A program made the translations under genes and the position numbers. Shown here piece by piece: positions 26,319 to 30,534 of a stretch of DNA of 30,534 nucleotides. Numbering within the stretch: position 1 is the first letter of the stretch; every line of letters begins with the position of its first letter. The stretch covers positions 1-30,534 of the forward strand of contig DKGH01000188.1 in NCBI GenBank assembly GCA_002453165.1, in the 5' to 3' direction. The notes under the pieces were generated by a model that was given only the letters and a program-made list of their open reading frames with translations, was not told the origin of the DNA and made no database searches. The stretch is from Verrucomicrobia bacterium UBA6775 (GTDB lineage: Bacteria > Verrucomicrobiota > Verrucomicrobiia > Limisphaerales > UBA1096).

Positions 26319-28848
26319 AGAATGTGTTTTTGCGGCCGGGCGTGCCGCCCTTTTCGCGCGAGGCTTTCCAATTTTCGGGATCATTTCCGTCGCCGCCCTT
26401 TGCCGAATCGACTCGGGAGAGGGAGCGACCACTGCCATCCGCCTTGCTTGGCCAAGGCGCCTTGTCTTTGAACGTCACCGAGTCGATTTCATTTCCAAGC
26501 GCGTCGGAAAGGATCACCGTTTCCCCGTTGTTGCTGAGTGAGCGGATGTACTTGCCCGTCGGCTTGAAGCCGTAGCGTGATTTGAACGCCTTCGGATCAG
26601 CGGCCACCACCGTGTGCCCTCCCGGCTCCAGTATCGCCCCGTCTGGAAACTGAAAATACACCCCTCGAGTCAACGCGACCCCGGTGAGAGCCACAGCCTC
26701 TTTGCCGGGGTTCCTGATCTCGACAAACTCAAACCGCTCGGCCGCCACGTTTCGCCCCTCTTTTTTGTCGCCGTTGGCGTGGTATTGAATCTCTGAAATC
26801 TCAAGCGCTGACCCGGCAATCGGCCGGACAAAATACAATTCACGCAACGCGCTCCAATCCTCCGCATTTTTGGTTCGTGTTTTCAACACAACCCCGACCA
26901 GATCCACCGGCTTACCAAGTTCAACTTTTTGAGCCGTGTCCGAAATACCCCCGCCGATTGCCCGGGGATCACTCCCATCCTGTGTGACATAAACCTCCCC
27001 CTTGGCACCAGCCGGTAACTGAATAATGACCGAGGCATCGGCCGGCGCCTCCCTCACTCGATGTACAATCGGTTCGTCCCCAAAAACAACCATCGGCGCC
27101 GGCAACTCGGGATACAGACCACGACGCTGAAGTTGCCTCACAACCTTGTCACGACGGGCCGGAAGCCAGTACTTGAGAAGATAGTCTGCGTTGCGCCGCC
27201 ACCGCGTCGGGGATTCATCGGTGGTGTTTCCCCAACGTGCCGCCTCCGCCGGGATCGCCCGCTCCACCTCAGCGACGCGACGCGCCATTTGCTTAACCGA
27301 GTTTCCCGGCGTCATGGAACCGTTGTTGAACAGGTGGCGGTGAACGTGGTCCGCAAACAGAAGTCGATACTCTTCGTTTTTTGAAAGGCGTTCGTGGAGC
27401 GTTTGCCCGTTGAACCATTCCAACCGACGAAACTTCGCATCGGTGGCCGGGGCCGTACGATCCTCCCAGCCGACATCCATCGAGTGCTCCGCGTCGTGCC
27501 GGAAAAATTGAAACCCGAACGGTTCGTCGTGATCGACCATACAGAAAAAGTTGTTGGTGGATCGCCCACCCCACGCCGCCGCCTCGTCATTGCTGCCGGT
27601 GTAGAAAATCCCCAGCATGTAATCGATCAGGTTGTCGGGATCGACCAATACCTTGCCATCCGGATCCGGCGATCCATCCGGCTTTCGACCAAGCAGCGCG
27701 AAGTAGTCGGCGTTGCTCCCGGACCAGTCGAGCGTCTTTTCGAACAATTCGCGGAACAGGTCGACCGTACCGTCAGTGACTTCGGTCGGCTTCATCCAAC
27801 CCATCGCCTTGATGACGTCAAAGTCTGCGGCATCACCGCCAAAATAGGATGCACCAAATCGTGCCTCCGCACGTTCCTGCGTCATGAAAAGCCCCCAGTA
27901 AATGCCGTTCATGTACGCATGATAGTAGTTGCTCTTCGTGTGATGATGCCCGCTGATACCCTGCAGGTCGCGACAGAAAATATCGCGAAGAAATGTGTTC
28001 CTTTTGCTGTTCTCAAACGCCCACGAGTGGTTTTGCGCAGTCCGCAGATCGATCTTGTCAAACTCGTCCACCCCGGCTTTTCCAAACAACGGATACCTAA
28101 GTTTTCCGTTGCCGTATTCCTTACGAAAGAAGAATCGATACGAATGTTTCGGGTTACGGGAGGACGCACTGTATCCACCACGAATCCGAATCCCGGTGTT
28201 GACCTGAAACCCCTTTTTCCCGTCCGGATAAATCAGCTCAAGCGAACCGGCGATCTCCGTTTTTTTGCCCTGTTCGCGTGGATTTGAGTACAGCCCTGTC
28301 TCCGAATTGAACCACGAATCCAGCGGAGCCACGATCGACATGGTCGGGATGGATTTCAACGCCGAGACGATTTGATCCTTCCAGCGTGGATCATCGAGCA
28401 CCTCCCGGTTCATGCCGTAAATCAAAACCTGCCGATTCGCACGGTTCCCCTCCGGCCATCCGCCCCCCGGACTGCGATGGGACTGTTCCCGAACCTGTTC
28501 CGCGAACAGGTAGGTTGCGGTATCGACATTCGACGGTTTCACCCCCTCCTTCCTGGCGTAGACGCGAAGAATCACCCCCGGCGACAACGGCCTCCCATCC
28601 CGGCTTGTCGGATCAATCTTTACCTTGAGCGGATTCGTCCCCCTCCGGGCAGTGGCCGACTCGCGCGGGTCACTGCCGTCCAATGTATAAACCAAAGTCG
28701 CCCCCTTGGTCTTGGTCGTAATTGTCTCCTCGAATGGCGTCTCGTAAAAACCTCGACCATGCTCAAATTTGGTATCCGCTACGGATGCAGCCCGCAATGT
28801 TGTCGCAAACAGCAGCCCAAAAAGTGCAACGGTAAGATGAAGTTTCAT
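26317..28848 (-). CDS. Secreted CotH-family (atypical kinase fold) protein with a C-terminal lamin-tail domain
   Basis: Signal peptide MKLHLTVALFGLLFATTLRAAS and an N-terminal FYETPF...LVYTLDGSDP segment (chitobiase/hexosaminidase C-like). The CotH core includes IRIRGGYSASSRNPKHSYRFFF and YHAYMNGIYWGLFMTQE. The C-terminus is LTD-like (LEISEIQYH...FEFVEIRNPG...). ATG 28848 is preferred over the TTG at 28908. Confidence 0.7.
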   Translation of the reverse strand: MKLHLTVALFGLLFATTLRAASVADTKFEHGRGFYETPFEETITTKTKGATLVYTLDGSDPRESATARRGTNPLKVKIDPTSRDGRPLSPGVILRVYARKEGVKPSNVDTATYLFAEQVREQSHRSPGGGWPEGNRANRQVLIYGMNREVLDDPRWKDQIVSALKSIPTMSIVAPLDSWFNSETGLYSNPREQGKKTEIAGSLELIYPDGKKGFQVNTGIRIRGGYSASSRNPKHSYRFFFRKEYGNGKLRYPLFGKAGVDEFDKIDLRTAQNHSWAFENSKRNTFLRDIFCRDLQGISGHHHTKSNYYHAYMNGIYWGLFMTQERAEARFGASYFGGDAADFDVIKAMGWMKPTEVTDGTVDLFRELFEKTLDWSGSNADYFALLGRKPDGSPDPDGKVLVDPDNLIDYMLGIFYTGSNDEAAAWGGRSTNNFFCMVDHDEPFGFQFFRHDAEHSMDVGWEDRTAPATDAKFRRLEWFNGQTLHERLSKNEEYRLLFADHVHRHLFNNGSMTPGNSVKQMARRVAEVERAIPAEAARWGNTTDESPTRWRRNADYLLKYWLPARRDKVVRQLQRRGLYPELPAPMVVFGDEPIVHRVREAPADASVIIQLPAGAKGEVYVTQDGSDPRAIGGGISDTAQKVELGKPVDLVGVVLKTRTKNAEDWSALRELYFVRPIAGSALEISEIQYHANGDKKEGRNVAAERFEFVEIRNPGKEAVALTGVALTRGVYFQFPDGAILEPGGHTVVAADPKAFKSRYGFKPTGKYIRSLSNNGETVILSDALGNEIDSVTFKDKAPWPSKADGSGRSLSRVDSAKGGDGNDPENWKASREKGGTPGRKNTF

Positions 28849-28896
28849 GGTGCGCGGACTGTCCTCGCGCTTGGTTTGGAAGACAAGGCAATTTGA

Positions 28897-28909
28897 GCGC
28901 TTGGCCAAG
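28897..28909. repeat. Single palindrome copy (GCGCTTGGCCAAG) upstream of the CotH gene
   Basis: It lies about 50 nt upstream of ATG 28848 in the 242-bp divergent intergenic region. Confidence 0.9.
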
Positions 28910-28979
28910 TGTGCTCATTAGAAAAAATGACTGGAAAAATGCCCAACCCTTAACACTCCATTCATGATCTAGGGCTTTC

Positions 28980-29001
28980 ATATGTAGTTGCTACAACATA
29001 T
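28980..29001. promoter_or_regulatory. Imperfect inverted repeat ATATGTAG-TTG-CTACAACATAT, candidate operator
   Basis: TGTAG (28983..28987) pairs with CTACA (28991..28995), and the outer ATAT arms are offset by a 2-nt bulge. It sits in the only clearly AT-rich stretch of the window, between divergent genes. Confidence 0.3.
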
Positions 29002-29052
29002 TTTGCTGCAATTCTATCATTTCATCAACCATTAAAGTTCACGCTTGCAACT

Positions 29053-29065
29053 CGCTTGGCCAAGC
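29053..29065. repeat. Single palindrome copy (CGCTTGGCCAAGC) upstream of the TIM-barrel gene
   Basis: It lies 26 nt upstream of ATG 29091. Confidence 0.9.
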
Positions 29066-29090
29066 CGGACTCTCACCGGCCATTTTTGAG

Positions 29091-29906
29091 ATGATTCGAT
29101 CAAGCGTTACAATTGCACTGGTGCCGGAGGCCAAGGGTGGGCCATTTGTGTTTTGGGATGACCTCGCCGCTGGCTGCGCCAAAGCGGCTGAACTGGGGTT
29201 CGACGGTGTGGAGGTCTTCCCGCGTGGACCGGAAGCCGTTGACAAGGTGCAGCTGCAGGATTTGCTGGCGCAGCACAATCTTCAGTTTGCCGCAATGGGA
29301 ACCGGTGCCGGCATGGTCGTGCATCAGCTTTCCCTCACACATCCGGAAGCCGACATCCGGTCAAAGGCGATCGACTTTATCAAGAGCATCATCGACTTCG
29401 CCGGGCCGCTTGGCACACCGGCGATCATCGGCTCGATGCAGGGCCGACACGGCGGCGATGTCAGCAGGGAGCAGGCGCTCAACTGGCTCAGCGCCGGTCT
29501 CAACGAACTGGGCACCCACGCCGACGGTCACGACGTTCCGCTGCTCTACGAGCCTCTCAACCGTTACGAGACCAATTTGTTCAACCGCATCGGCGAGGCG
29601 GCGGACTTTTTGCGCACGCTGGATGCGGAAAACGTCAAGATTCTTGCCGACCTGTTCCACATGAACATCGAGGAGCCGTGCATCGCGCAGGGTATCCGCG
29701 ACGGCGGTGACAAAATTGGCCACGTCCATTTTGTCGATAGCAACCGTCAGGCCGCGGGGCGTGGCCACATGGATCACGCCCCGATCGCCACCACGTTGAC
29801 CGAGATCGGCTATGACGGTTTTGCCTCGGCTGAAGCCTTTCCGGTTCCTGACTCGGACACGGCAGCCAAGGCGACAATTGATGCCTTCAATAAGCACTTC
29901 CGTTAA
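29091..29906 (+). CDS. Sugar phosphate isomerase/epimerase (xylose-isomerase-like TIM barrel)
   Basis: 271 aa containing AAELGFDGVEVF, YEPLNRYETN, LADLFHMNIEE and HVHFVDSN, the metal-ligand pattern typical of the AP_endonuc_2/TIM-barrel family. Confidence 0.7.
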   Translation: MIRSSVTIALVPEAKGGPFVFWDDLAAGCAKAAELGFDGVEVFPRGPEAVDKVQLQDLLAQHNLQFAAMGTGAGMVVHQLSLTHPEADIRSKAIDFIKSIIDFAGPLGTPAIIGSMQGRHGGDVSREQALNWLSAGLNELGTHADGHDVPLLYEPLNRYETNLFNRIGEAADFLRTLDAENVKILADLFHMNIEEPCIAQGIRDGGDKIGHVHFVDSNRQAAGRGHMDHAPIATTLTEIGYDGFASAEAFPVPDSDTAAKATIDAFNKHFR

Positions 29907-29907
29907 T

Positions 29908-30534
29908 ATGGGTAAACAACCAAAAAGCGCATCAGGCAAAACCGGCCCACTGGTCGGCAACTGGATTCACATCGTCCGGGTTCTACTGTTCTCCGCAGCG
30001 ATCATCACCGCCTACCTTTCGCTGGCCGCGCTTTCGCAGGCGGAAACCATTCCCGGCTGCGGCCCCGACTCCGGCTGTGACAAGGTGCTCAACAGCAAGT
30101 GGGCCAAGTGGCTCAAAATTCCAGTCTCCCTCCCCGGCCTCGGGCTATACGCGTTTTTCTTCGTCAGTACATTCGGAATTAAGGGAGGCAACCGCGAGAA
30201 AGCCAAGCGTTCGCTGAACACACTCACTCTGTGTGCGGCGGGAATACTTGCGGCAGCGATATGGTTTGTTGGCATCCAGGCGTTCGCCATCAAGTCATTC
30301 TGCACCTACTGCTGCACCGCCCATGCGCTGGCCTCCATCGCAGCCATCCTGTTCCTCACTCAGGCCACCTCAGTCGCGGATAAATTATCCGTGCGACTCA
30401 ACCTTGGCGGGGCCGGAGCTGCCGCAGCGGGACTCGTCGCGCTGATTGCCGCAGGCCAGGTGCTCATGCCAGCGGACGATCACTGGGCCAAGCAAATGGC
30501 CGACAAACAAACAAATAAAGTAACGCAGGTCGCC
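29908..30534 (+). CDS. Vitamin K epoxide reductase (VKOR) family membrane protein, 3'-partial
   Basis: Absent from the track because it has no stop in the window. Hand translation gives 209 codons: MGKQPKSASGKTG...CGPDSGCDKVLNSKWAKWLKIPVSLPGLGLY...FCTYCCTAH.... It shows the loop Cys pair plus the CxxC of VKOR and several TM helices. Confidence 0.7.
   Translation, partial: MGKQPKSASGKTGPLVGNWIHIVRVLLFSAAIITAYLSLAALSQAETIPGCGPDSGCDKVLNSKWAKWLKIPVSLPGLGLYAFFFVSTFGIKGGNREKAKRSLNTLTLCAAGILAAAIWFVGIQAFAIKSFCTYCCTAHALASIAAILFLTQATSVADKLSVRLNLGGAGAAAAGLVALIAAGQVLMPADDHWAKQMADKQTNKVTQVA

Overview
About 96% coding chromosomal segment, visually mid-50s %GC. Gene content suggests a PVC-superphylum bacterium (Verrucomicrobiota- or Planctomycetota-like): a PSCyt2/PSD1 (DUF1549/DUF1553) protein, a CE15 esterase and a CotH protein with a lamin-tail domain. 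I support 25 CDS, and most are housekeeping. They include the rpmH-rnpA-yidD-yidC-jag cluster (rpmH is missing from the ORF track), thrS, serA, moaA, a tightly packed mreB-mreC-mreD-mrdA-rodA-RNase E/G operon on the minus strand, and miaE. There is also a stand-alone Lon N-domain protein, a solitary minimal GspE/PilB-type ATPase, a small secreted esterase/CE15/CotH group, a TIM-barrel isomerase and a partial VKOR protein. Two CDS that run off the window ends (1..2045 minus, 29908..30534 plus) were found by hand translation. I saw no rRNA, tRNA, CRISPR array, transposase or prophage. The main finding is not a gene. It is a very short, highly iterated perfect palindrome with consensus GCGCTTGGCCAAGCGC. 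Its TTGGCCAA core occurs at least 34 times in 30.5 kb, against roughly 0.4-0.5 expected. Copies are about 7-fold denser in the roughly 4% of the window that is intergenic. There they tend to sit a few nt after stop codons, often as 12-bp-period dimers that form 24-26 nt perfect palindromes and twice fill a 27-bp gap between convergent genes. Copies inside genes are read almost only as LGQA or RLAK, including a tandem copy in a signal peptide. The density, placement and frame bias resemble cyanobacterial HIP1, Neisseria/Haemophilus DNA-uptake sequences and REP elements. The function cannot be decided from this window.
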